A stretch of DNA of 64,000 nt, from positions 2,728,001-2,792,000 of the forward strand of contig NC_087248.1 in NCBI RefSeq assembly GCF_037042905.1, written 5' to 3'. This stretch comes from Lytechinus pictus (lineage: Eukaryota). This document shows positions 42,401 through 56,599 of this stretch, in pieces. Positions within the stretch are counted from its first letter, which is position 1; each line of letters opens with the position of its first letter. Below the pieces are notes generated by a model that was given only the letters and a program-made list of their open reading frames with translations, made no database searches and was not told the DNA's origin. A program made the translations under genes and the position numbers.

Positions 42401-45400
42401 CAACAGTTGCAACTCTTTATGAAACGGACCCCTGATTTTTTACCACTGAGCCACCACATCTATACGTCACTGTATGCTTTTTTATCAGTAAAGAAACAAG
42501 GTCTATCCAACACAAAGTCAAATAACTTTTTTTTAAAGATGACAAAATTATGTAATAAATTGAATTTCTAAATGTTGACGAAGGTTTGTTTAACGTAAAA
42601 TTCTTACCAAATTAGAACAACAACAAAAATCACCTTTTTAATCTGACTGTCCTTTTCGCTCTCTTTCTTTTCTGACTGGCCTTCAACCTCTAAATTTTCC
42701 TTCGTTTCAATCGGACTCTCTCGTATTATAAGAACCCATAGGATGGCCCAAGTAAGATAACTGGAACCTAAAACAGATGAAAACATTTTACAATTGAAAT
42801 AAGTAATGGTGGTAAATACATAAGTTTCGTTTTAAAGGTTGTCGACATTTAAATAAAATACAAATTTAGTTAATCCTCATCATTTCATTTACTGCATTAG
42901 AAGGCTGTCTTCATAAGATAGTAACGTCCATACAATGTTCCTGTATTCGGCAATTATAATATTATGATTTATCTAAACACAGCGCTACTAGCAGTTTGAG
43001 GGTACTGTCATTCTTTCATTCGGCAATTAAATAAATATACTTTAAACAAAACGTGATTTTCGATATGGCTGTCATGCAAAAAGAATATAGAGAATATTTC
43101 AATGAAATGAATTCGATAAAAGGTGATGATTTACTATACCTAAGATGTAGAATGAGAAAGGCCATCCAAGCTGAGGGGTAGAGCAGATAAAACCTGATAC
43201 AATTTGTCCTATCGCCAGCCCAAATGGATTACCTGAAACATAAAAATAAATCGATTGTTTCCAACTTAATGATGGAGAGAATAATATTGATAGAAATGTG
43301 CGCCACATTGAGCAATATATACAGTCATTACAGTGCATTGGTAACTGAAATAGAAAGTTTAGATTATCAGTTTGAATATGTCTCTTGTTTTATTGAACTA
43401 TTCATGTACCTCCTTATCACACTGTGTGTTCATAGCGAGAAATACGACGAGTGAATTACAGTTTCACGTGGTGGGGCGTATAAACCGACACTGTGTAGTC
43501 AAATATAAGACTGTGGTTACTTACGATATGATCTTCACACGGATAATGACTAATAATAGTCGAATATGCAAACAATGTGAACACACTATTGGACACTGTG
43601 GACATATGCAAATACACACTCAACATACCGCGGGAAATTTTGAAGCTACTATGAACACACTGTGGACATTGTTGTGGCCCCACTCTGGGACCACACTGGG
43701 TGTACATGATGGGTTACTGTGAATACGCTGATGATATATAGACTGTGAACACACTGGGAACACACCACACTCTTTGAACACGTGTTGTGATCACTTTGAA
43801 CTTATTGCAGGAAAGTGTGAAGACACTATGCATACACTGTGAACGTTATTGTGGACACACTGGCACACACTATGGGATACGAGGAAAGCACTACAAAACA
43901 GACGGTTGTACATTGTTAACACAACATACTGAACACATTGAAGGTCACTGTGAACATGTAAAACACTGGGGGCACAAGAAAGGACAATGTAAACACATTG
44001 TGAATACACACTTTGAACACACTGGAAACACACGATGTAACATTGTGAAGATACTATAAAGGCGCATTGAAGACACCTCAAACACACTTTAGGACTGTTC
44101 ATACACCCACCTGCCATTGCAAACGATGTGACTCTAGTCTTGGTCTTGTTCGTAGTCCAGTTACTGATCAGTGTGAACATGGCTGGTACTACAGCACCCT
44201 TGAAAGGAGAAAGAGACAGAAAGTAAGAATGTGTTTGAGTGTGTGTGTGGGGGGTGGGGGTGTGTGAGAGAGAGGGGGCAAAATATCAAAATGTTGAGGG
44301 GAAAAAAAGAGAGCTCCCTTTTCCTGACTTAAATTTGTTCTACTTTTATAATTCAGTATTTTTATATATCTTTATTAATTCATTACTTATTGCTTACATT
44401 ATTTTCATTTAAAAAATCTATTTCCAACTTTTTTCATGACTATGATTATCTTTCTTATTATATATTCATTCATTAATATATTTTGATGGGGTCTGTTTAT
44501 CATTAGGCCTATTAAAACAAAAAAATATGAGCACTAAAACTTCCCGCCATATAAGCGTGTATAAATAGATCCAACATCATCAGTCATTGTGTCTATCAAT
44601 GTGATTTTTATGTCATTATTCACAAATTATTGTTTTCAAGTTTTCGTGCCATCCTTACCTCGAAAATCCCAGCTAATAACCTGACTACGAAGAAATATGA
44701 TGCTCCTGTTCGGGCCGCTACTGGTACAAGCATGTTCATAATGGCAGTCATCGCAGCTCCGGTCGCTACTACCCACTTCCCGCCTACTCTGTCGGCGATC
44801 CACCCGCCTGGGAGTTGGGTTATGGGTAGCCCGATGAAGAATGCAGAGAGGAGAAGCTCTTGTGTTCGACTACTCCAAGAAAACTCAGGCTGGACAAAAG
44901 AAAGTTTGATATTTTTTTTAATTAATCTTCGGCTATATATTGGTATCATAGTGGATCTGGGGTTATCAAACTCACAGGTTAGGGAAATAAAATGAATACG
45001 GAGTGGGGGGGGGGGGTAGCGGGAATGAGGAGGCCTGGGGAGCATTTCATGTAAGGAATTATGTTTTATCTCACAAGTCTTATTTTATCCGGCAGTTACC
45101 ACAGTAGCAGTGCTTCGCACCCATTCAAAATTATAGAAAGTTGTCAGATCTAACGATCGGATGACAAATGTTGATAAAACTCTCCACGGGTATAGAGCAA
45201 AATGCTGACTTCGAAGAGAGCATACTAACCGTAATATCATCAGTGTGATTTCCTTCTACGTCTTCATTTCGGTTCAAACAGCCGTGATTGGTCGCATTGT
45301 GGTCACGTGTCGAGTTGCTTGAACCGTGATTGGATGCTGCCATAGCAGTGATGGCAACACTCGGGTTGATACGGAGTGTGTTAAAATTAGCTACTCCCAA

Positions 45401-46095
45401 GAAACACATCAGAGCGAAAAGTATCCTCGAGTTCGTATAACAGATCTTTACAGCTGAATCGTATGAATAAAAACGGTATAAAGTAAAATCAAACATATTA
45501 ATAAAGTTTATCTTTTGACAAACTATTCAGAAAATTATATCATATTTCATCCTTTAGCCTTTCATTTTCTTCTCTTTTCTCCTTTATTTCTTGGTCGTGA
45601 AACTTTTTTTTTGGGGGGGGGAGCATAGCCCCTAAGCCCCCCTCCCATATGTAATTCAGCGACTCCAATACACAAAATGGTTATTATTCGACATTTTTCC
45701 TTTAAATTACATTTTCTCTTCATGAGGACATAAGACAATATGCTATAGGGCATATGTGTTATCTCTTGATTACTGCCCAAAGAGGAATATGCATTACTGA
45801 GAAAACAACTTATCTCCAATTATCAAGTTCACGTGCAGCCTATGGGAGAATTTTCCTAACAATGTCATGAAACTTGACAATGCAAATAAATCGTATAAGT
45901 CCCAGAATCAAGAATAATGGCGCTTTGCAAGAAAGTTGACTTGCAATGGCAACGCAAATCACAGACGAATTTGCGATTTATCAAATTGAAATCAACTACA
46001 AAAGGGACGTACGTTTTACTTTCGAATTGAACACTAGTTTCTTGTAACACCCTCATGACCCTACTAGATGTGTAGGAATCAATAAACTTACCCAT
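39489..46095 (-). CDS. SLC17/sialin-like MFS anion transporter, paralogue 2 (~526 aa, 10 coding exons)
   Basis: Exons 46095-46092 (ATGG|gtaag), 45453-45230, 44889-44659, 44198-44111, 43232-43140, 42767-42634, 42012-41857, 41279-41150, 40497-40256, 39767-39489; all GT-AG and phase-consistent. Confidence 0.92.
40593..40923. mobile_element. TTAA-flanked element in SLC17 paralogue 2 intron 8
   Basis: Copy of 31345-31683; absent from the homologous intron of paralogue 3 (~61750). Confidence 0.8.
42085..42457 (-). mobile_element. tRNA-derived SINE interrupted by MITE 42277-42431
   Basis: The minus strand reads A-box TGGCTCAGTGG, then the MITE, then B-box-like GGTTCTAAATCCC and SINE body. Confidence 0.65.
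43560..44100. repeat. Degenerate GAACACACT-type satellite in paralogue 2 intron 4
   Basis: Repeated TGTGAACACACT-like units; reverse complement of the 55045 minisatellite motif. Confidence 0.7.
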
Positions 46096-46550
46096 GATTT
46101 CTGTAATGATGCTGGATCTGAGTCTTGCTCCAATCAATCTCTAGTTCTCCCTCCATGCAGACTTAAGATCTGGATGGTTTATAGGTGACGAGGACCTATT
46201 ATGAAAGTATAATAATCAAGTAACCCGTCTGAGTTAGTCGTAAATACATCAGCAGTTTACTACCAAAAACTCCTTGTATGAATTTTTTTAATTGGTTAAA
46301 CTTTTAAGTAAAATGTTAGATAATTACATGGCTATTTATTCCCCTCTAGTACTCACCTACTTGCGTAATATGGTCTTCTTCCAACTCCCTGGTCTAGGTG
46401 ATAACTGCAATTGTACAATTTGTTTCTATGAATGTGTTCACATGCATGGGTTGTGTTCGTAAAGCTATACTTGATATCTCAGTTGGTCATAAGGCAATAT
46501 CGCATTACAGATCATAAATTGCTTCAGTAACTTTATGTCTTATCGTACAG

Positions 46551-46763
46551 CAGGGGCAGATCCAAGATTTTCCAAGGAGGGGGGGGGGCACATTTTCCCG
46601 ATGGAAATTTGACAAGCAAAAACAAACACAACAAAAAGTCCTCGCTTTCAAAAAGGGATGGGGAGTGCACACATGGGTTAAATGGCATTTTTACATTAAA
46701 AATTTTGATTATGGCTGTTAAAAGGGGGCACGAGCCGATGTGCCTCCCCTGGATCCGCCAGTG
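46551..46763. mobile_element. hAT-type MITE with perfect 8-bp TSD
   Basis: TCGTACAG|CAGGGGCAGATCC...GGATCCGCCAGTG|TCGTACAG; same family as 37990. Confidence 0.9.
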
Positions 46764-48514
46764 TCGTACAGTCATTTTATGATGGAAACGTATGACAGAA
46801 AATAAGCGGACGATGCTGTAAATATTTACACAAATTTTATAACGCACTTACATGTACTTTGTTCAGATATTTTTCAGAAGTCATAAAAAGCCTTTCTGCA
46901 TGAATAATATCGATTTGGTTTGCGACGTTTTAGCCCCCATTTTAGTGGAAGATTCGGGGAAGGGGTGGGTGGGTGTGTGTGTGTGTGGGGTGGTTCTTGG
47001 ACCCCATCTCAAGTCCTAAACTACTAATCTCTGCCCAGGTTTGTTAACCATAATGCAACATTCTCAATGTAATCTTGTAATAACACACAAATTCACTATA
47101 TTCGATACGTTCATACACACTGATTATGTTACCAAATAGCAAAACAGGTGCCTTTCCACTCAGAAGATGTATATAATTTTCTATACACAAATACAATTAT
47201 TGGCTAATTTGTCCTCAATGTTACTAATAGTTGTCTCAAAATATGTATTTTTTATAGCATATAGCACACAGCTCCATGGGAGGAAACAGACAGTGTTAAC
47301 TCGCCCGATCGCTCCGATTTCTAAAATTGTATAGAAGATATCAGGGAAATGTTTCTTAGATGCGAGGTGGGATGCCGCCAATGTCATTTCAGAAAAGAAA
47401 AAAAATAGTTATCATGAACCATGGTAAATTTGAAATTTATGTATTTCATATCACATAACATAACATGGGGCAGCTGCTCCTATATGACGTCATGAATCAA
47501 AAACTTAGAATTTTAATAATTCTCTGATGGATTTTTCCTCGAACCTTCATCAATATTTTCATGACTTTTTTTTCTGGTATTCAACGACAAACTCTTCGTC
47601 AGAGTGAACTTCCCCTAATGATATGTTTTCAAAACAAATAAGGGCTAAGGCAAATATTGAAATAAATATATACAATGAAAATTATTTGCAAAAAAAGTAC
47701 GATAATGTAAAAAGTTTTGAACACTATACATGTAGGTCTATTGTTGAAATATAAGATTTACAGTTACATTAAAAGTTATTTGTAAAATAAACACAATACG
47801 TACAGGACATAATAAATAAACGCATCTCATTTTCCAGTGTAGGCTTAATTTCCCTTCTTAATTCAATTTTAATCTAAATGTTATGCACGGGGCTATGTAC
47901 TTACCATGTGCAGCATTCAAAACAGTCTAAGTCTATGGTCTATGCATGGAGCTATTAGAGAGCTCTATGGTCTATGCTTATACCAAATAGACGGTACGTA
48001 CTCCGACATCCAATGCACTGACTGACTATTGTCCGAAGTCATCGCTGATGACCATTATAATGTTTATTGATTGCCTATAGGATGATCACATGTAAGGACA
48101 CGAGGTCTGCGTGAAAGAAGAGAGATCGTGGATGCACTTTCGGGCCCCTGAAAGTGAGATACGCCGGAGATACGTCGATGGAGAGACTTGAAATAAGGAA
48201 TGTGGAATCTTTGAAATCTGATGAAGCGTTTACTACGTAAAGATATCAATTAATGAAACAACATTATGACTGAATTCATTTCTAGTAGGTTACCCGTTGT
48301 AGCAGAACATCAACAATCAAAACCCGAGTCGGACTGGACACTGTGCGTGCACAGACTCTTCTCATCAGCGTACATGGCGTACATCTTGTCTTGACCAAAG
48401 TCTTTTAAGGTCTGACTGGACACAACAATGCCCACCCCTTTCTCTCTTACCTAGACCAAGGAGTTTACCAACTCCTTGCCTAGACACATATTCAATCAGC
48501 ACGACAAAACTTAA

Positions 48515-49039
48515 AGGAGAATGAAACCATTGGAACAAGATAGCAAGTGTGAAAACAGAAAAATCAAAGAAACAGATCAACGAAAGTTTGAGAAAAATCG
48601 GACAGATAATGAGAAAGTTATGAGCATTTGAATATTGCGATCAATAATGCTATGGAGATCCTCACAATGGGAATGCGACAAAGATGTGTGATGTCACTTG
48701 TGAATAACTCTCCCCATTACCTTAATATATATTTCACATAAACTGCCTCTTTTATCAAATTTATCAGTAGATAATGTGTTCTTTCAATAGGAGGGCATGT
48801 AATACAGATTTTTAAAGAATACATCATGGATAAAGAGTTTGTATAACCATAAGAAAAAGCAAAAAGAGGCATCATTTTGGGGGCATTTTATAGTCCATCA
48901 ACTGAGGGAAAGTTGTTCAAATGTGACATCTCATTACTTTCTCATTATTTGTCCGATTTTTCTCAAACTTTCTTTGTTCTTATTCGTTGATTTTTCTGTT
49001 TCAACACAAGCCTACTTGTTCCAAAGGTTTCATTCCCCT
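48515..49039. mobile_element. TTAA-flanked Kolobok/T2-like MITE
   Basis: TTAA|AGGAGAATGAAACCATTGGAACAAG...CTTGTTCCAAAGGTTTCATTCCCCT|TTAA. Confidence 0.85.
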
Positions 49040-49283
49040 TTAAACTGACCTTTATTAATTAACTTTCGACATAGCTCTTTACATTCAGTTTCCTTTTATT
49101 TTATACTGCATGACCTTCAGGTTTACAAACATAACAACATTATAATCCTATTGCTAGAAAAAAAAGTACATGTTTAGGCATATGTATCAAAAAGTGATTG
49201 TTAAATTACTGGATGACCATCAATTTTTGCAAACAAAATAATATAAGAGTGTATACATGGCTTGTATGCATAAAGTCGTTTAA

Positions 49284-50033
49284 CCCTAAAAGAGCCGGGT
49301 TATTTGGACCCATCTCACAGCCGAGGGGGGGGGGGGGGGCGGAATCCGATCTCGGTCTTCGATGGCGCGAGCGCCGCGACAATTTGCACGGTGGTAGTAC
49401 AATATACAAGGCTGTATGGTTATTTTTTTTCAAATAATAAGATTTTTTATTTAATGAATTAATTATGCTAATTTATGCATGAAATAAATCATTTGCTCTA
49501 ATCAACTATCATACGGCCCCAAAACTGCTATTTTTTTTATTCACAGACACTTTGTAGGATCCCGATCAAATGTACTTAAAAAAAATTGGTATCGCAAATT
49601 TTTTCTTCTGTATTTTATTGTTTTTTTTTAATTCTTATGTATTTCTTTGTTTTTCGACTTGTTGTTCTTTATTGTTTTTTCGATGGAAAATGTTGATTCT
49701 GATCATAAACAAGACAAAATTAATTTAGTTAAATCAGTAAAAGTACAAATAATGATACACTTATGAATTTTGGCTAAATACACAATTTGCATTGGATTTG
49801 TACATAATTTCACGTTTTTGAGCAGTTTTGGGTCTGACATGCACTTCCTTATTAATTTTGCGTAATTTCGTAACCGCCTACCCGGGCATCGCAAATTTTT
49901 TCTCAAAAGTTGTGCGAGATTTGAAAGTAAAAAGTCAGCAAGCGGCGCGGTTGAAAATTATCGCGCGGCGGATTTATCGCGAAAGATGTAGAGGGGGGGG
50001 GGGGGGCGGATTCCGCCCCCGGGCCTTTTAGGG
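49284..50033. mobile_element. piggyBac-like non-autonomous element
   Basis: TTAA|CCCTAAAAGAGCCGGG...CCCGGGCCTTTTAGGG|TTAA. Confidence 0.85.
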
Positions 50034-51654
50034 TTAAAGCAAGGAGTTCTGAGAATTCTTGGTTAAAAGTAATAAGAAGATATAGTTACGGATAGTGAGT
50101 TATAACATGGACCTGTCGAACCCGAAAGAGGGCGGTAATACCAGACAAAGATAATGAGTATCACTCCATGAGCTATATAGCCATCGGAATTCGACTGTGC
50201 ACAAAGCAGGTGATCAATAAAAAGATGATTTTCTTTATCATTAACACCAACATCGCTGTTAATATCGTTTGTATTGTTTTTGTTGTTGTAAAAATAACGA
50301 TTTTCAAACCAAGATATTTTTTTGTCAAATCCGTGATATTGAATTTTTAAAAGAAAGTCATAGGTACCAAATCAAATTCAAACCTCTTTTATAGTATTAC
50401 AATTCTGACAGATGACCCACTGACGTACAGAATCGGGATAATGGAAAAGAAAATGAGAAGAAAAAATTATTAAATATTATATTATGTCTAATTTTATCAC
50501 ACCCTTTTTTATATTTTAAAAAGGCCAAAATATTGACTCGCTTGCGAAGATATTTTTACACACATGCCATATTGTGCCCTCTTATTAGTATTACGCCACT
50601 GCAAAGAACTGACAAGTTTGATTACATGAATGCTCAGATATACTGAGCCTCAAGCCTAATATTACCTTTCATGCATTCAACCCTGTCGGACTTGACATCA
50701 ACCAGACTTAATTTTGCAGAAGTGCCTGCCGATCTCCGAACAGCGGAGGAACTGAAACGAGAGAGAGAGAGAGGGGGGGGGGGGGGGGAGAGATACCTGG
50801 GGCGTTTAATCAACATTTTCGTCCGACAAGTTGTCAAATCTGACAACTTTTCGTGGTTTTGATTGGCTGAGAAGCACTGTTACTTTGGTAAATGGTAACT
50901 GTCGGATAAAATAGAACTTGTCGGATGAAACAAGTCCTTTCGTGATAAGCTTCCCCGGGTTTAATGTGAAGGGACGCTGAAAATAAATTGTCATCAAAGT
51001 TCAATGCATCAGCAACAAAGGCCGATTATCGTTCGTTCGACTGGAAACATTTGTAAAGAAATCATCACAATATCATGATAAGTGTGATAATCACGGCCCT
51101 CGCGGTTAGAAGTTGTTGTTGTATAATGGACCCCACATAGTAGGTCCATGGTTGTATTGATAGTATTACCCGTGAGTGGTAGTGTAGCAATGAACTGGAA
51201 GTAGTATCACAAAGGGTACAGTTCATTGACCGGTTTCATGGGCTATCCTGTCAAGGTATTACTATATATTTTATTTGTACCTGTTTGCTGTTTCTGACTG
51301 TTTCTGTTATACCTCGCCAAAATCAAAATCAATCACCAAGGTCGGTTCGAGGTTTAACCGTCATTACTCTACAAGCGCTTTCAAATCTGATATGATTGAA
51401 ACTAACAATTATCAAAATATTCATCGAAGGATAGAGTTTGGCGGACTGCTTCCATGTACACCGAAATTTGCGCGCGTGTCTTGCGATCACTGGGATCGGT
51501 ACATTGATCAGTTGATGTTTTATACGTTTTAAGAGGTCATAGTCATCCTGCTGTTATCAACCTGAGCCGGTCAATGATGCAGCCTTCATAGAGGAAGGAG
51601 GACGTTTGAATTCGACTGGAACAAGAAACAGACGCAGAGGCGATTTCAGTAATC

Positions 51655-54600
51655 ATGGGTAAGTCCACATACAGCCGGGACTACAGCATATCAGGGGAAC
51701 CGATTCATAATAGGACTTGACGAATGTTTATATTCGAAAAGTTTATTTCATCAAACAGGCCTACCATTGTAGTATTGGATTGACACTTCTCAGCCAGTAA
51801 ACATGGTCAAAGTCAAAGAAAGTCGTTAGATCTGACAATTTGAAGAACGGAAAATGTTGGTGAAAAAAAGACCCCTATTGTGCGACGTTATACTAATAAA
51901 TGAATTCTTCCGATTTAAATTAATGTCGTGATCCTAAAAAGGTGAATTTCCAAAATGTAATTATAAATCTCATGAAAACGATGATGGGAGCGCGAAGTGT
52001 GAGCTGAATTATTTGTAAATCCTAACCTGAAAATTTTATGCTTTAAGGATTAGGGCCGGTTGTAGGAAGTTATGAACATGATATGTGTCTCACAAAGAAA
52101 AGTGCGAACACAGAGCTCGAGCCAATTTTTTTTTCCTGACCTGAAAACGGGACCATTTAAGCACATTCTTTAATAGTGAATAGCGTGCACATCTCATCAA
52201 GAATATATATTGTGAGCGCGAAGCTCGAGCTAGCTGTTCAAAACCTATTTTTGAGTATTGACTTGACAACATTTCATCAATTTTTTAATTGTAAATATGA
52301 ATACGATACGTCTCCCACTATTCATGCGAGCGCGGAGATCGAGGTGAAATTCAAATCAATACACTGACCTGGAAACGTTAAGGGTGGAAGTGTAGAAAGA
52401 ATTCAAACCCCTTTTGCCTAGCATGCATTATGGACTAAGGGAGGGAGAAGGGCTTTCCTTCATTATATTCACTTTAAGTATACAATATTCTAAAAAATGC
52501 AAAGTTAATGACTTTACTTCTTAATCAAGCATGATACGTTGTTTAGTAGGCCTATACATGATAAAATTGTAATATTGATTTGAATGAAAATTAATGATAA
52601 GCTGACATAATATAACACGGCCAGTCATTTTTGCTAAAATGAATGTTTGCTATTGACTGGTATTAATGACTTGTTCTATATATAGTTTTGAGATGAGGAG
52701 GTTTATCAAATAACAAGGATCCAAATCAATTTTAAGAATATTAAACGTATTATACACATCATTCTGCTTGGGCATTATAAAAATTACACATACTTTTTAT
52801 ACCTTTGAAACATTCATCACGCCCTCTCGGCTGTAACTCAGAAGTGTTCCAAAGATACCACATGCGTGTATAATGTCATCGATGATGTTATTATTAGCAT
52901 GATTAGTTTGTATGTTTTTTATCAAAATGTTTTACTCTATACATGTATTATACTGTTTTTTTTCTTCAAATGTCCTATGTTTCAGCTTTAAAAATCTGTT
53001 ATCCAAACTCGAGGATACTTTTCGCTCTGATGTGTTTCGTAGGACTCGCTGGCATTAACACACTCCGTATCAATCCGAGCGTCGCCATCACCGCTATGGC
53101 AGCATCCATTCACGGCCAAAGAAACTCGACACGTGACCACGATGTGACCAATGATGGTTGTTGGAAACGAGATAAAGCGTTCCAAGGAAACTACACGGAT
53201 GATATTAAAGTTAGTATACTCTCTTCGTATTCAGCATTTTGATATACCCCACCCCCTTCTCCCTCACCGCCCCTCCTCTCATAGCCGTTCACCCCACCCT
53301 TTCCCTCCTCTCGCTCCCCGCTCCCGATCCTCTTCTCTCCCTCTGACATGCTGGTGATGCTGGTTTTGAGCCCGTTAGTTGTCTATTTTGAATGTTCCAA
53401 TTAATGTTCACTGATATAAAAAAAATTCAGTTGTATAAACACCCATCATCTGGATTTTGTATGCACGCTGACTACTTCAATAATTGCTCATTGCCACGAG
53501 TTGAATTGGCCAATTAAACTTTATATGTTATTTTATGAGATGCTTTATTCACTTAATGATTTCCTATATATTCTTGAATAAAAAGGAAGGTATGAAAACA
53601 GGAAATCTTTAATATTACTCTCAACCTTTGTCTTTCCTTCTGTCTACCTAATGGTTTCCTTAAGGCCCTGTATAATGTATTGCGATTTAATGCCGTTCCG
53701 TTAATATCATTGATGATAATCTGCACGGAACTTGTCTAATGTGGTTCTCAGATATTGAGTCTCCTTTCACTTAAAATCCAAGTCAAATTTGAAAGAAAAT
53801 AGTGAAGAGTCCATGTCACTTTCTCTGATGGAAAATCATAATTATGATTAATCCAAACTTAAAATCTGATATCAAATCTAAACTTAGGCCTACCCTATCA
53901 TACCATGCTATTCTTGACCAAAAGCTCAATCACAACTTTACTCTTTTTCTCCTCAGAAATTGAGCCGGGCATTTACCGCAGGAAAAAAAATTATGTGGTC
54001 CCACAGTATAATCCATTATCCATTACCCCCTGTTATGTTCTTTTTAATCATTTCATCTCCCGAAATTAAGACAATTTCATCCACAATTATAAGTGGCAGA
54101 TTCGGGGGAGGGGAGTGCCCGAGGAAAATGTGATGTAACATAAGAAGACAAGAAAAAAAAAGTGTGAAAACCAGTTTTTGATGTTCGTGGGATTTGATTT
54201 GAGTGAAATTATTTGATGAAAAAGTGGGACTTCCCCGAAGAAAACCTTGAGATCTGATAGATCTGCAAACGTGAATGAATACAAAACCAACATAAATGAA
54301 GCCTAAGGATAACGTTCCAGCAGCCTTATAACTGTAATCATCATTTTTTTTTTGTCCAGCCTGAATTTTCTTGGAGTAGTCGAACACAAGAGCTTCTCCT
54401 CTCTGCATTCTTCATCGGGCTACCAATAACCCAACTCCCAGGCGGCTGGCTCGCCGATAGAGTAGGCGGGAAATGGGTAGTAGCGACCGGAGCTGCGATG
54501 ACTGCCATTATGAACATGCTTGCACCACTAGCGGCCCGAACAGGAGCATCCTATTTCTTCACTGTGAGGTTATTAGCTGGATTATGCGAGGTAAAAGAGA

Positions 54601-56549
54601 AAGAAAATGTTTCCATAAGCTAAAAGTTATGATTTTTGGAATAATAATAAACCAAAAACGCACCATAATTATAAAATTTTTAAAAGTAGAACAAATTGAA
54701 ATTAAGACAAACATTTAATTCTCTCATTCTCTTTTTTCACCTCTGTCTCACATTCTCACCCTCTGTCTCTTTCTCCTTTCAAGGGTGCTGTAGTACCAGC
54801 CATGTTCACACTGATCAGTAACTGGACTACAAACAAGACCAAGACTAGAGTCACATCGTTTGCAATGGCAGGTGGGTGTATGAATAGGAAACTTGATGAG
54901 TTGAGTTGATTGAGCTGATTTACCTTTTTTTCTTAAATTCCACATTAACTTCTCTTTGAAATCAAAGGTCATCATTTAGCAAGAAGCAATTTTCTATAAT
55001 CGCAACGGGACACACTATCATGATTGTATTTTAAGGGGGGTTTTGCAGTGTGTTCAATGTGTTCACAGTGTGTTTGTTGTGTGTTCTCACTGTGTGTTCA
55101 ATGTGTTCACAGTGTGTTTGTTGTGTGTTCACATTGTGTGTTCACAGTGTGTTTGTTGTGTGTTCACACTGTGTGTTCACAGTGTGTTTGTTGTGTGTTC
55201 ACACTATGTGTTCAATGTGTCCACAGTGTGTTTGTTGTTCGGTCAGACTGTGTGTTCAATGTGTTCACAGTGTGTTTATTGTGTGTTTACACTGTGTGTT
55301 CAATGTGTTCACAGTGTGTTTGTTGTGTGTTCACACTGTGTGTTCAATGTGTTCATAGTGTGTTTATTGTGTGTTCAAACTGTGTTCAATGTGACCACAG
55401 TGTGTTTGTTGTGTGTTCACATTTTTGGTAGCATATTCAGTGTGTTCACAATAAATTTATAGTGTGTTTAAGGTCTAGCACAGTATGTTCTGTTAATGAA
55501 AATGTGTTTATAGTGTCATCACAATATCACACATATTATGTCCAATGTATTCCCAGTGTATTGTCTCAGTGTCTCAAGGTACGGTGTTAAAATTTTGTTT
55601 ATAATGTTATCACGGTGTCCTACAGTGTGATCAGTGTGCTCATAGTGTGTTAATAGTATCATCACAGTATCCCAAAGTATGTTCTGTTTATTCATAGTGC
55701 GTTCATCAGTGGCGTAGACAGGTTCGTACACCTGGGGGGGGGATGACTGGGCTGCCAACGCTAGTGAGGGCGCGAAGCGCCCGAGCGAGAGAGCGAAGCG
55801 ACCGAGCGGGGGAGGGTGTGGGAGGTGGGTGTCCCCCCTCCCACGGTAGGGAGCTTTTGCAATTTTGAACTTGAAATCGTGCAATCTGATGCATACTTAA
55901 TGAGGTAAAATAACACACACAAGCGCGCACGCACATACACACATACTCACACACACCCCCCCCCCACACACACACACACACCCTCACACACACACGGGTG
56001 CGCGCAACACACACATACTACGCCTTGAATGGACAGACATACATCGACAAGATCTACACACCGTGGCATACGAATACAGAATGGACTGACACATAGTATT
56101 GCATATTGAACCACACTACGTATTTATTTATCTCTGTAAATTTTGCTGTTACACCTCTTCAGAAAAAAAAACCAATGTCAACTGTGTACACGCAGGTATA
56201 GTCTTTGTTGTCTTGATATGGGTATGTGGTTATGAATGAAAACAGCCTCTGTGGCCATTTGTGAATAGAACACATAAACAACAAACAAATAACAATATGT
56301 CTGTTCATTATAAAGCATAATAAATACGTACATACTATGCTTTTTTTTACCTCAAAGAAACAGGCATAGTATCCATACATGGATATTGGCTGGCGGCTCA
56401 TTAACATACAGATACAAAAAACATAAACAATATCACTATGATCCATGGAGTAACAATACTGCTTTGTAAGTTTGTGAAGAAATCGGAACCATAACGGCAT
56501 TGCATCGTTTCAAATTAGGGCATTATTTACTTCTATTTGATCTCAGTCT

Positions 56550-56599
<50 letters not shown>

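Noticed and set aside
47895-47910. Upstream ATG|GTAAGT as an extra coding exon of paralogue 2 (similar site at ~23226 for paralogue 1)
   Set aside because: Could be a 5' UTR donor, but there is no supporting conservation among paralogues; cannot be supported without transcripts.
55024-55462. Cys/Val-rich ORFs in three frames
   Set aside because: Translation of a TG minisatellite inside an intron.
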